DNA of 64,000 nucleotides from Gammaproteobacteria bacterium (GTDB lineage Bacteria > Pseudomonadota > Gammaproteobacteria > JABABF01), in assembly GCA_965237805.1 (NCBI GenBank), contig OZ250153.1:352001-416000 (forward strand), written 5' to 3'. Below are positions 10,411-19,660 of the stretch, one piece after another. The position numbers and the translations under genes are program-made. The notes under the pieces were generated by a model. The model did not search any database, was not told the DNA's origin, and worked only from the letters and a program-made list of their open reading frames with translations. Position 1 is the first letter of the stretch. Each line of letters begins with the position of its first letter.

Positions 10411-13064
10411 GGCGTGGGCTCGGCGCGGCGAGCGGCGAGAATGCACTCGGCGATATGGAAGACTGCCTCGAGCTCGGTACAACCGCGCTCTTCCATCACC
10501 CGCTGACGGTGACTCTTTTCCTCTTTTTCGGTCTGCGCCAAGGCGAGACACAGAGCGGGCAACACATTGCGAAAACGCGCCCGCACCGTATCGGCAAGGA
10601 TCACGCCTTCGGTATAGTTCCCCTGTGACTTGCGCACACTGAGCAACAGTGTGCGCTCGGCTACCGACAGCTGGCGAAAGCGCTCCATCTCGCGCAACTC
10701 ACCCTGCCCAAGCTGCAGGCACAGCCACCATTCGAACATGCTCAACATCTTTTCAGCATCGCCGGGAAAGTCGCGCAAATTCTGTGTCGCCAACCACAGC
10801 CACAGGCCGAGGCGGCGACCGAGCAATTTCGAAACCTTGACAATGTAGGAAGAGATCAGCGGATTGGTCGTCAGGACGTGGGCCTCATCAGTGAGCAAGA
10901 TCGTCGGCCTGCCATCGCGCCCACTGCGTTCGGCGAGCGATATCACCGCATTGAGTAAACCCAAATAGGCCACCGCCAACTGCTCTTGATAGCCCTCGCC
11001 AGCCAGCACAGCCATCTCAAAACGCAGATAGTCCACCTGCGGCCAATCGACACCGGGGCGGTCGAATAGCTCACCGGAAAAGCCCGTGGTAAACAAGCTG
11101 AGGGCAGCGGCCATCTCGCGCAGCCTAAAGGCGCGTCGTGCGTCGCCCTCGCTCGCTAATGTGCGCAGGACATCGCATAAGTCGGAAACCGACACCGTGC
11201 CACCAGCGGTGGCTGCCCGCCCGGCGGCATGCAATAAAGCCTGCTGCAGGGAGGCTTCGTCGGCGCGGGAAAAAGCCTGCTCCTCACGCTCTTGGCCACC
11301 GGTGATCATCAGGCGGGCGATCAAGCTCAGCTCGCCCAATAGATCGCGCCCCTCAGCCGATGTGCCACCGCGCTCGCCCAGCTGTTCAGCTCCCACAAAT
11401 GGCGGCAGGGAAGCGCCGCTACCGGGTCGCAACACCACCTCGTGGCTGCTCAGTCCACGCGCATCGAAGAAGCTCCGCAGCAGGGCAAAGGAATCGCCCG
11501 CCTCGACAGCGATGATGCGCGGGCGGTGAAATGCCATCAGCAGCATCTGTAGATAGACCAAAGTGGCTGATTTACCAGCTCCAGTGGGGCCGATGAGCAA
11601 CAAGTGGGCATTCTTGGCGCGGTCTGACAAACTCAGCGGATCACAGCTGAAAAGGTCACCACCACGATTGAAAAACAACAACCCTGGGCGGTCGCTGCCA
11701 GTGGAGCGACCGTAGAGCGGCAACAGGGCAGCAGCATCGTTGGCATAGATCAAGCGCCCTTGGCGCCGAGCGGGATCCAAATGGTGTCGATACGCCATTG
11801 GCAAGTGGCACAGATAGGCATCCAAAGCCGTCGGATCTAAATCGTGGCGCAGCAGCTGCAGACGGTTGGCCGACAACAGCGCGTCGACCTGCCGCTGCCG
11901 GCGAGCCAGCGACGGCGCGTCGACAGCGCGCAAAAAAATCGCCAAAGCAAACGGGTAAATCTTTGCTCCCCGCAACAGCAAGTGCCGTGAAGCCAGCGCG
12001 GCTTCGCGGCTGGCCACCACCTCGGCACCGCCACCGACAGCGGCCTGATCGATGCGATCCAAATGCGCTCGCAGTGCATCTTGAGGAGAAAATACCAGCG
12101 TCAGTGTCAGCACCGAGCCCTCGGGCAGCTGCTCCACCAAGCATTGCACTCTCTCGCCAGCCATGTGCTCGGCAGAGATCTGTCCGGGTACCGGGCAAGC
12201 GGCTAAGCGCTGCAAACGCATGACGCAGTGCGCCACGCCATCAAAGTGCCAAGTCTTCTGCGCGGCATCGGAACGGATGTCGCGGCTGCACACTTCATCG
12301 GCCAAGCTGTAGTCAGCTGGGTGCCCTCCAGCCAACGGCTCCAAGGGCACCGCATCGCCTCTCGGGCTGAGCCAGCCGCGCAACCATGCGCGTATTTCCT
12401 CCCCCTTCAAGCGCTGCCAGCGGACACCGGCGGATTGCAGCTGCGCTCCCAAGCGCTCTAATTGCTCGCTCAATTCCCGACAGCGATCGACGATGGCAGC
12501 TGGCGCGATACGATGCACATGGCGGCGATAAATGCAGACCAGCACCCGCGGGTGGCAACCGCGCCAAGCCCGCCCCGTCAACGGATCTTCAAAAAGCCCC
12601 CCCGGCTGTTGCACCATGGCCAAGTGCTCGCTAAAAAGATCCAGGAAATAGTCCCGGTAAGCACCTTCGGCACGCTGTTCGCCACAGGAGGATAGCCGCC
12701 GCCAACGGCGATCGAGACCACTGGCATCTTGGAGTGCATAGAGCTGCATGATCCACGGGGCGACGCGATGCTCCGGGAAAGCCTCGACGAGTACCCGCGT
12801 CAGTTCCACTCTCAGCTGTTGCAGAAAATCCGCAGCGTGACCCTCCACCGCCACCGGCGACAGTTCCAAGACAGCGGCGACGCTGTGGCCATCGTCCAGC
12901 AATACGCTGTCATCCTCCAGCAGCTCCAGCCACGGCAATAGCTGGCTAAAAGAGGGCGGACGACGGTAGCCGCGGCGCAGGTCATCCATGCGTGCGCGAC
13001 GCTGCGAGCGCGGTGCGCCGCGCAACAGGAGCTCGTGCAGACCCTGATACCAGTCTGCGCTCAC
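10407..13064 (-). CDS. Conjugative transfer ATPase, PFL_4706 family (VirB4/TraC-like)
   Basis: 'SF..LLPW.E', 'FFNRGG', Walker A 'GPTGAGKS', Walker B 'LLTDEAH', 'WLATQNL.DFP', 'LA.TEKEEK'. Confidence 0.92.
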   Translation of the reverse strand: MSADWYQGLHELLLRGAPRSQRRARMDDLRRGYRRPPSFSQLLPWLELLEDDSVLLDDGHSVAAVLELSPVAVEGHAADFLQQLRVELTRVLVEAFPEHRVAPWIMQLYALQDASGLDRRWRRLSSCGEQRAEGAYRDYFLDLFSEHLAMVQQPGGLFEDPLTGRAWRGCHPRVLVCIYRRHVHRIAPAAIVDRCRELSEQLERLGAQLQSAGVRWQRLKGEEIRAWLRGWLSPRGDAVPLEPLAGGHPADYSLADEVCSRDIRSDAAQKTWHFDGVAHCVMRLQRLAACPVPGQISAEHMAGERVQCLVEQLPEGSVLTLTLVFSPQDALRAHLDRIDQAAVGGGAEVVASREAALASRHLLLRGAKIYPFALAIFLRAVDAPSLARRQRQVDALLSANRLQLLRHDLDPTALDAYLCHLPMAYRHHLDPARRQGRLIYANDAAALLPLYGRSTGSDRPGLLFFNRGGDLFSCDPLSLSDRAKNAHLLLIGPTGAGKSATLVYLQMLLMAFHRPRIIAVEAGDSFALLRSFFDARGLSSHEVVLRPGSGASLPPFVGAEQLGERGGTSAEGRDLLGELSLIARLMITGGQEREEQAFSRADEASLQQALLHAAGRAATAGGTVSVSDLCDVLRTLASEGDARRAFRLREMAAALSLFTTGFSGELFDRPGVDWPQVDYLRFEMAVLAGEGYQEQLAVAYLGLLNAVISLAERSGRDGRPTILLTDEAHVLTTNPLISSYIVKVSKLLGRRLGLWLWLATQNLRDFPGDAEKMLSMFEWWLCLQLGQGELREMERFRQLSVAERTLLLSVRKSQGNYTEGVILADTVRARFRNVLPALCLALAQTEKEEKSHRQRVMEERGCTELEAVFHIAECILAARRAEPTP

Positions 13065-13420
13065 GGCAGTGCCGACTCGCCTGGCAGGGCAAAGTGGTCG
13101 CGCGCATAGAGTGGCAACGCCGTGACATAGCCCGGCACTGGCAAAGGCTCTGAGCCGCCGCTGAAATGCGGATGCACCCACAACAACAGCATCGGATTGT
13201 CCAATAGCGGGAAGGGGCTGACAACGCGGTCGACCGCACGCCTCGGCACCGCAACAGCTGGTTGTGATGCCGGCGCGTGGCGCTCGAAGATCTCCCGCAT
13301 CGAAGCGTCGTCACCGAGCGGTGACGGCAAACCCGTCCCACAGGCAGAGGCCAAGGCACAGACGGCGAGTAGCGCCGCCTCAATCCAATGCCGTCGCGCC
13401 ACGGCCAACTGCCTCGCCAT
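13061..13420 (-). CDS. Conjugative transfer region lipoprotein (TIGR03751-like)
   Basis: Lipobox-like 'ALASAC', 'F..L.NP.L...V.PH', 'PVPGY.T...Y....ALPGE'. Confidence 0.85.
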   Translation of the reverse strand: MARQLAVARRHWIEAALLAVCALASACGTGLPSPLGDDASMREIFERHAPASQPAVAVPRRAVDRVVSPFPLLDNPMLLLWVHPHFSGGSEPLPVPGYVTALPLYARDHFALPGESALP

Positions 13421-14564
13421 AGTCCAAACGCCGTCCCAAGGGCTCATAATCCAGATCGATACGCTTGGCGATGTGGACAGCGACCAGACTGCCTGGCGGC
13501 GCGTAAATGGCATCTAAGCCGTCGCTGTAGCGCTGTTCGACGAATTGCCGCAGCCGCCTCAGAGCACCCTGTAGCGCGCCAGCAGCCGCATAGCGCTGCG
13601 CATCACCAGACAGAGCGCTCAGCACAGAGCCCGAATCAGAGACGATTTCTTGAGTTTCGCCACGGGCGACGGCACCGGCATAGCCGTCGGCCACACCGAG
13701 CAACAATTCTCGCACCGCGCCACGAGCAGCCGTGGTGATACGGCGCCCCGGCAAACAGGGTGCCCCGCGCGGATCGCTGAGCCATGCCAAGCCCTGCTCG
13801 GCGACATGGCGAATGGTGCCATCTGCGAATAGGAAACTGATTTCGTCGAGCCGCACCGAAATGCAACCCAGCGTCCAATCACCATGCGCCACCCCCGATA
13901 ACAGCGCACCGCGCAAGCCCGGGATACGGTGGCCGTTGGCAGCCAAATTGTCGCGCCCCACCAACACTTTGACCGGGAGCGGCTCATACTGCCCAGCTGT
14001 TGCACTCACCCGGCCGATCAGTGCCGTCAATGCCACCGCATCGAAGAGAATTGCGTTGGCTGGAATGGTGTAGACAGGTCGGGGCAGCGTATGATCCTGC
14101 GCTGGCGGCACGGTGCTTGGCACGGCGGTGGGCAGCGGCGACAGCGGCGATAGACTGAGCCAGCGGGGCGGTGGCTGGGACGATGTCTCGGCGTTGCGAT
14201 GCCCCCTGCCCTGTTCCAATCTTCCCAGCTGTCGCTCAAGCCCCTGCACCCGCTCACGCAGCTGCCGCCGGGCCGCATCTGGCGCTGTCGATCGTTGTCT
14301 GCGCAATATCCGCAGCTCCTCGCGTTGGGCCTGCAACTGCTGCTCCAAACCATCTAATTGCGCCACCAGCGTGCGCAGTGTTTCGGCGGCCGTGTCCCCC
14401 TCTTCACCCAGTGCCTCATCCAGCTCTACCACCAGCTGGGGTGCGCCAGCAATGACCAAGGCGCGTCGCTCGCGACCCAGCACCAACACCAACACCGCCG
14501 CCGCGCAGGCCGCGAGCAACCACAGGCGCAACGGCCAGCCAAAGAATCGTTGCGAGGCATTCAC
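13380..14564 (-). CDS. ICE protein PFL_4705 family (TIGR03752, TraB/VirB10-like)
   Basis: N-terminal TM, 'T.AETLRTLVA', coiled coil, 'VYTIP.N.....A.TALIGRV', 'NLAANG', 'GDWTL.C', 'IDLDY...GR'. Confidence 0.88.
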   Translation of the reverse strand: MNASQRFFGWPLRLWLLAACAAAVLVLVLGRERRALVIAGAPQLVVELDEALGEEGDTAAETLRTLVAQLDGLEQQLQAQREELRILRRQRSTAPDAARRQLRERVQGLERQLGRLEQGRGHRNAETSSQPPPRWLSLSPLSPLPTAVPSTVPPAQDHTLPRPVYTIPANAILFDAVALTALIGRVSATAGQYEPLPVKVLVGRDNLAANGHRIPGLRGALLSGVAHGDWTLGCISVRLDEISFLFADGTIRHVAEQGLAWLSDPRGAPCLPGRRITTAARGAVRELLLGVADGYAGAVARGETQEIVSDSGSVLSALSGDAQRYAAAGALQGALRRLRQFVEQRYSDGLDAIYAPPGSLVAVHIAKRIDLDYEPLGRRLDYGEAVGRGATALD

Positions 14565-15352
14565 TGCGCACCCACCCCCAAGCTCTTTGCAAACGAACGC
14601 CGCGAGACGAGGTAGAGCACACTCTGGTCGTCGTGGCCAAGCGCACCGGCGGCGGCCAACGCACGATGATGGAAAGCACTGCTAAGCCAATGACCTCGGA
14701 TGCGCCCATGATCGAAGCGCGTCGGTGCCAATGGCAGCTGCCAACTATCCCGGTTCAGCACATGTAGCGCGGTGACATATAAGCCGTAACCCCGCCAAGC
14801 AGCGATGGGGGTGCAATCCAACAACGCCCCACGCACCAAGGGCACAGGCACGCGCTCTGCCAAAGGCACGGGCACTAGCTCTGGGTTGTGGGGACGCAGG
14901 CGCTCGGGCGCGTAGAGCTGCTGAGCCGCATAGCGGATTAGAGCCGCCGCAGGAGGCAAGCCCGACAGCGGTGACAGGGGGGCAGCTAGGGAGGAGCGGA
15001 TCACCAGCGGAGCCAGCGCACTTTCCCCCCCCAGCTCAACCGCCGACAGATCCAGCAAATAGAGCTGCTCATCGACGGTGTCAACCAACACGCGCTGGGC
15101 GGCGAAGGCACTGGCGGGACGCCAATGCACCACGTTGTGCAATATTTGTGAGCGCAGCGAGGGTTCCAGCGCAGGTGGGACCCGCAGTTCGCGCACGGCA
15201 GCGGGGAAAAAGACGGCGCGCTCTTCGCCAACCCGCAATACCACCGCCAACGGTAAACGCTGCCACAACAATTCGACCGGTGCGGGCGACACTGTGAGCG
15301 CTAGCGCCAGTGGCGGGTGAAGTGTCAGCACAGTGCCGAACATCAGCGCCAT
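14561..15352 (-). CDS. ICE protein PFL_4704 family (TIGR03749, DUF3438)
   Basis: 'W.RLPL.V.L.VG.ER.V', 'LIRYAAQQLYAP.R'; gene order. Confidence 0.85.
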   Translation of the reverse strand: MALMFGTVLTLHPPLALALTVSPAPVELLWQRLPLAVVLRVGEERAVFFPAAVRELRVPPALEPSLRSQILHNVVHWRPASAFAAQRVLVDTVDEQLYLLDLSAVELGGESALAPLVIRSSLAAPLSPLSGLPPAAALIRYAAQQLYAPERLRPHNPELVPVPLAERVPVPLVRGALLDCTPIAAWRGYGLYVTALHVLNRDSWQLPLAPTRFDHGRIRGHWLSSAFHHRALAAAGALGHDDQSVLYLVSRRSFAKSLGVGAQ

Positions 15353-15366
15353 CAAGCTCCCGACAC

Positions 15367-15999
15367 CTAGGGCGAATCGATGCCGTCCGGCGCGGCGGAG
15401 ATGCGCCGGGGCGGTGCCTCGTAACCGTCCAGCGCCAAGCCCCAAGGATTGCACTGCTTGGCGACATCGTGCCGTACCACCCGCAACTGGTAGTGCAGGC
15501 GGGTGTCTTTGACCACCCGGTCGCGCACCCACTCGCGCAGGCCCAAATCCATGCGCACCAGCCACAGCGAGGCCCCTTGGGGTCGCACGAACTCGGCGCG
15601 GTAATGCGCCAGCGGATAGACCCCACGAGCGCGTTGCAATTCGCCCCGCCGCATTTTGCTTTGCATCGCTCGCTGCAGGCTGTGACGAAAGCGCGGGGTC
15701 AAATAGCAACGGTACTCTTGGAGTAGCCGTGGCTGATCCACCACACCGTTGTCTGGCCAGTGATTGAGCGCTTGGAAGATGTGATGGGCAAAGGCATAGA
15801 CAGTGGATGGTGCCAGTTGCCCGACACGCACGCTGGCACCCTGACTCAGATCCGGCGGGATATGGACCGTGATCTGCTCGCGTGACTGGTGCCAAGCCAA
15901 TAGGCAACCGCATAGCAGTAGCGACAAAATGGCAATGACGAGGCGCAAAGTCCAGATATGAGAATCGCGCGCCGACAGGGCGTTGATCAGGCGGGACAC
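15367..15999 (-). CDS. ICE protein PFL_4703 family (TIGR03746, DUF2895)
   Basis: 'HI.TLR', 'VHIPPDL..G', 'VYAFA..IFQ.LN.W', 'YLTP', 'NPWGLALD.Y'. Confidence 0.9.
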   Translation of the reverse strand: MSRLINALSARDSHIWTLRLVIAILSLLLCGCLLAWHQSREQITVHIPPDLSQGASVRVGQLAPSTVYAFAHHIFQALNHWPDNGVVDQPRLLQEYRCYLTPRFRHSLQRAMQSKMRRGELQRARGVYPLAHYRAEFVRPQGASLWLVRMDLGLREWVRDRVVKDTRLHYQLRVVRHDVAKQCNPWGLALDGYEAPPRRISAAPDGIDSP

Positions 16000-16123
16000 G
16001 AATAGCCCTCGGCAGCTGGCTTCGCGCCCGCCTCAACCCATCGGGGGAAAAGGGTGGAGACGGACGCTTTGACATGTTGAGACGCTGAGGTCGAGCTGCT
16101 TTGCACACAGTGCAGAGCTGGCA

Positions 16124-16513
16124 TCAACGGCGCATTGGCTGGCGCCCGAGGCCCCAATAGCCACTGCGCGTCACCGGTCGACTGAGCAAGCCAGCGCGTG
16201 CCAAGGCCACGTCCAAGCACTGCTGGTAGTAGTGCTGCGGCTTGCCCTGCTTGATGCGACACAGCAGCTGCGCACCACCCCAAGCAGCTGCTAATGCACC
16301 GATCCCAACAGCTCCCAGTGCCGTGACCGCGCCGCCCAATAACCATCCGAGACCACCGCACAACGGCAGACTAAGCGCCACCGACAACAGGGTGACCGAG
16401 ATCAGCTCGGCCACTGTGCAACCGAGAAAAACCACCGGCTCAGCGTCGATCAGCTCGGCCAAGAGCACGGTATCTGCCGCACCATCCTCCATTGCTGAAC
16501 CGGCACCAGTCAT
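16124..16513 (-). CDS. Conjugative transfer region protein (TIGR03750, DUF3487)
   Basis: 'EPVVF.GC...EL', two TM segments, 'K.GKP..YY', 'RSG.W'. Confidence 0.8.
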   Translation of the reverse strand: MTGAGSAMEDGAADTVLLAELIDAEPVVFLGCTVAELISVTLLSVALSLPLCGGLGWLLGGAVTALGAVGIGALAAAWGGAQLLCRIKQGKPQHYYQQCLDVALARAGLLSRPVTRSGYWGLGRQPMRR

Positions 16514-16529
16514 GGCAAATAGCACCCGT

Positions 16530-16889
16530 TCATTCGATGATAGCAATGACATAGTTGGCCAAAAAGACAACGAATAAAGTGGTTCCCATGCCAACAAAAG
16601 CCGTCATCAGCACACGCCCGAAGTCACCCGTTTCCCGCCGCGCCTCGTTGAACTCGCCGATCACCCGCCGCCCCACCGAGAGCAGAATCCAAACAATGAA
16701 CAGTGCGGCAAACAAATAGACAAAATAGAGGACGATGCCCTCGAACACCGCCAACGGTCCCAACTCTGGATCCACCCCTTCGAGCTGCGGCAACTCCGGC
16801 ACCCTCAGGCGCGCCGATGCCAGCGGTGTGGCCAACGATGACAGGGCACCGCCGACGACGCTGAGCTGCCGACACAGTGTGGCGATCAT
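16530..16889 (-). CDS. ICE membrane protein PFL_4702 family (TIGR03745-like, putative pilin)
   Basis: Leader, two TM segments, 'F.E.R...G.FG' pattern; position in the operon. Confidence 0.7.
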   Translation of the reverse strand: MIATLCRQLSVVGGALSSLATPLASARLRVPELPQLEGVDPELGPLAVFEGIVLYFVYLFAALFIVWILLSVGRRVIGEFNEARRETGDFGRVLMTAFVGMGTTLFVVFLANYVIAIIE

Positions 16890-17131
16890 CGGAGGCGCTC
16901 CATATAGGCCATCACCGCACCGAGTAAAAACAACACCAACATGGCGCGGAGCATATGGCCGACCAAGTAGTGATCTCTCCCCTCCCCCCACATGCGGAAA
17001 GATGACAATGCGACCGCGAGGCTCAAAAACACCGCCATGGCGATAGCGAGGCGAGAGAAAAGCGCAGCACTGGCTGCAACCCCGATACCGGATACCCGCT
17101 CGAAGACCATGTGCAACTCAGTCATGTCCAT
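16886..17131 (-). CDS. ICE small membrane protein (TIGR03758, DUF3262-like)
   Basis: 'F...SG' N-terminus, hydrophobic helices, 'W..G'; position after RAQPRD. Confidence 0.7.
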   Translation of the reverse strand: MDMTELHMVFERVSGIGVAASAALFSRLAIAMAVFLSLAVALSSFRMWGEGRDHYLVGHMLRAMLVLFLLGAVMAYMERLR

Positions 17132-17447
17132 CGGCTTGGGGCCAGCTCGCTGAGTCTTGGATGGAGGAAGTCAACGAGCGCGGATAGCGACGACCAAATG
17201 ACAGATGGCGCTCAATGGCCCGACTGATCTGCCTCAAATCAGTACGCAGCACGACGTAGTCGAAGCGGCTCGGCAAGCCGGGCTCCGACTCCAGCTGCGC
17301 CCGCCGCACCAGCGCCTCGAAGTGGCTCAATTCCACGTGTAACTGCGCCAATAGCGCACGCTCCCGCGCCTCTGCAGCGAGCGCGACAGCTGCTGGCAAC
17401 AACGCCGCCACGCCGATGACCAGCGCCACGCAACGGGCGAACTTCAC
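17118..17447 (-). CDS. RAQPRD-family ICE protein
   Basis: Signal peptide, 'ER..LA....EL', 'RFDY..LR.DL..I...I..HL...R.YPR'. Confidence 0.82.
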   Translation of the reverse strand: MKFARCVALVIGVAALLPAAVALAAEARERALLAQLHVELSHFEALVRRAQLESEPGLPSRFDYVVLRTDLRQISRAIERHLSFGRRYPRSLTSSIQDSASWPQADGHD

Positions 17448-17872
17448 GGCTCTCGACCCGCAGGCAACAACAGGGCTGGGTAATGAGAAAATCCGAAATG
17501 CTCGGCGAGGGCATCGCCTACAGCCGGATTTAATTCCAAACCGGAAGCGAGTCGGCGCAGGACATCAAAGCGCTCTGCACTCTCCACCTCAACCACCAGC
17601 CCGACAGCACCACTGCGACGCAAGCGCTGTAATTGCTGGCTGAGCCAGCGCCTCGAGACAGCATCATCGCCGATCAAAAACAACGGTCGATCCAAAGCTG
17701 GCAGCTCCAACTGCAAGGCTTTGCGGGCGGGGAGCAACTTGAGGCTGTGGATCGGGAAAGGAAAGGAAAAACCGTCGTTTGGTGGGGTGGCGACGCTCGC
17801 TGCCCGGGCAGGCGATGGCATGCCGCCAGCGAGAGCCAGTGACAGCGACAGCAGGGACATATAGCGAGTCAT
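17444..17872 (-). CDS. ICE protein PFL_4695 family (TIGR03765, DUF2859)
   Basis: 'PLFLIGDD..S..WL.....L....AVGLVV.V.S', 'GD.LA......HYP.L'. Confidence 0.88.
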   Translation of the reverse strand: MTRYMSLLSLSLALAGGMPSPARAASVATPPNDGFSFPFPIHSLKLLPARKALQLELPALDRPLFLIGDDAVSRRWLSQQLQRLRRSGAVGLVVEVESAERFDVLRRLASGLELNPAVGDALAEHFGFSHYPALLLPAGREP

Positions 17873-18597
17873 CACGGCACAGCGACCGCCACCGGCACAT
17901 AGGCTTGACCGTGTGCTCGGCGACGCAACAGGCGCAGCGCCCTGCCGCCCTCTGCGCCATCGAGCCCCCGCCATGCGCCATCGCGCCACAGTCGAAAACG
18001 GGGATGCGGCGAGGCGATGCCAAAGTGCTTCGCCCAACGCGCCAAGCCACTGCCATCTTTGATACCAGCCAAGTAGATGTCGAGCCGGCCTGAGGGACGT
18101 GAGCGCACCATCGCCAAGGCGCGAGCTACCCATTGGCGGCAAGTCCCCTCGCAGATCGCAGGGCTGAACAGGGCCCACCGCTCGGCATCACCAGCGCCTG
18201 TGCCACTGGTCGCATGTAGCGGTGCGACGGACAGCGGGGCGTCACCATAGCGCTCGGCCACCACCGTATTGACCATATGTTGGAAGGCGAGTTCACCAGC
18301 GTTGCGCACATCTTCCAAGGCGACAAAGTGCATCGCATGGCGGTGCCGCTCAGCGTCGTCGCGAGCGTGCACCCCCAGCACCGTCACCGGATCTAAACCC
18401 GGGCTCCAAATGCCGCGCGGGCCGCGCTTAAGGCTCAAATAACGTTGCCAGTCCACCGCCGACAAACCCCAAGCCTCGCCCTCTGATGGTGCTGGCCCAT
18501 ACGCGGCGGACAGACTCGACGGGTGTGCGTGCACGACGCCGCACGGCAGTAGCACTGGTGTCACCACCGCCAAGGCTAGCAGCCACCACCCACTCAC
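17872..18597 (-). CDS. ICE protein PFL_4693 family (TIGR03759)
   Basis: 'WGL...DWQRY..L..GPRG.WSPGLDP.T.LG..AR.D.ER', 'ELAFQ', CxxxC, 'DIYL.G', 'WA....I'. Confidence 0.88.
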   Translation of the reverse strand: MSGWWLLALAVVTPVLLPCGVVHAHPSSLSAAYGPAPSEGEAWGLSAVDWQRYLSLKRGPRGIWSPGLDPVTVLGVHARDDAERHRHAMHFVALEDVRNAGELAFQHMVNTVVAERYGDAPLSVAPLHATSGTGAGDAERWALFSPAICEGTCRQWVARALAMVRSRPSGRLDIYLAGIKDGSGLARWAKHFGIASPHPRFRLWRDGAWRGLDGAEGGRALRLLRRRAHGQAYVPVAVAVP

Positions 18598-19496
18598 AGT
18601 GTCCTCACCCAGCGCTGGCCATTTGCATGGCGAAAAGTCACCCGGCGCGCCGTCAGGTCGGCCTCCACCAATTGCCAAGCGCCGTAATGGGCACCGAGGC
18701 GCAAGGTGTGGCGCCGCTGGGCGCTGTCTAACAAGCTGACATAGTGATAACCACCCAGCGTCCACAGTGCAGTGGGCAACAGCCCCGGGGTTGCAGGGCT
18801 CGGGGGCGGCGGCCCCAGCGCGACTACCGTGCGCGCGGGGGCAAGCTCAGCCTCAGAGCATGAGCCGTTCCGGGAAGCCACAGCAGAGCAGCCAGACGCG
18901 TTGCTCTGCTCGGTGTTGTGCGCGGCTGCCGATTGCGGGGTGCTCGGGTGCCCGGGCTCAGGCAGCGGGACAGCGCCCCGCGTATCGCCAGCACCGCCAC
19001 CCCATACGGCAGGCCGCATCGATAGCTCGCTGTCATCGCCAGTGGCACTGGCAAGGGATGTGGTAGCTGATGCCGGGTCGACATTGGCCACAGACGCACC
19101 CGCCAGCGACTGCGCCCCAGCCCCATACCGGCCACGGGAAGCACCCCGCGACGAGCCATCCCCAGCGAGCTGGCCGCTGGGGGCAGCTGCAATGCCGACG
19201 GCGACTTGGCTCCAACTGACCGGCCAGCTGATCACCACTGCGGCGAGAAGTCCGACTGCACAGCCACACAGGCTCGCGAGACACAGAGGCCAACGGGTGC
19301 CGTGTGGAGGGGAGCGCCTTTCCCCGCCGTCACAGCACACGTCACAGGATCCATCCTGTCGTTGCCTGCATCCTTGCTGGCCTTGACTCTGTGCCATCTC
19401 CGATTCCTGTGAGAGACCTGATGACCTCTGCTCCCGCCCCATCCTGATTTCGAATTCTCGATCTCGGGCATCGCCGCCGACACCGGCATGGGTCAT
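18594..19496 (-). CDS. Lead ICE-operon membrane-anchored hypothetical protein (start uncertain)
   Basis: TM segment, low-complexity linker, C-terminal 'GG..YVSL...LR.G...G.W.L...D......F' typical of the gene preceding TIGR03759; GTGA overlap. Confidence 0.55.
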   Translation of the reverse strand: MTHAGVGGDARDREFEIRMGREQRSSGLSQESEMAQSQGQQGCRQRQDGSCDVCCDGGERRSPPHGTRWPLCLASLCGCAVGLLAAVVISWPVSWSQVAVGIAAAPSGQLAGDGSSRGASRGRYGAGAQSLAGASVANVDPASATTSLASATGDDSELSMRPAVWGGGAGDTRGAVPLPEPGHPSTPQSAAAHNTEQSNASGCSAVASRNGSCSEAELAPARTVVALGPPPPSPATPGLLPTALWTLGGYHYVSLLDSAQRRHTLRLGAHYGAWQLVEADLTARRVTFRHANGQRWVRTL

Positions 19497-19660
19497 TCAC
19501 CATAAGCAAGACACAGCCCCATGTCAGCCATCAAATGACAGCGCAAAAAATGCAATTTGATGCCCCTCAGGCACAGGGCGACACCCAGCACGCTGGTGCT
19601 AAAATACCAGCATGCGCCGCTGGCTCGTCGGCTGGCACCCACCCATCGCCGAGACCCCTC

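Larger units (their letters stand above)
6614..19496 (-). other. PFGI-1/ICE-derived (MPF_G) type IV secretion apparatus operon, no DNA-processing or integration genes in the window
   Basis: 15 co-oriented genes in PFGI-1 order, most joined by 1- or 4-nt start/stop overlaps. Confidence 0.85.

Noticed and set aside
14561-16108. 515-aa ORF overlapping the PFL_4703-like gene
   Set aside because: Only the C-terminal 263 aa or so resemble the PFL_4704 family; the upstream part is an alternative frame over the neighbouring gene.
6614-19496. Calling the T4SS block a complete, mobile ICE
   Set aside because: No integrase, relaxase, coupling protein, tRNA/att site or ICE replication genes are visible, and both flanks look chromosomal.
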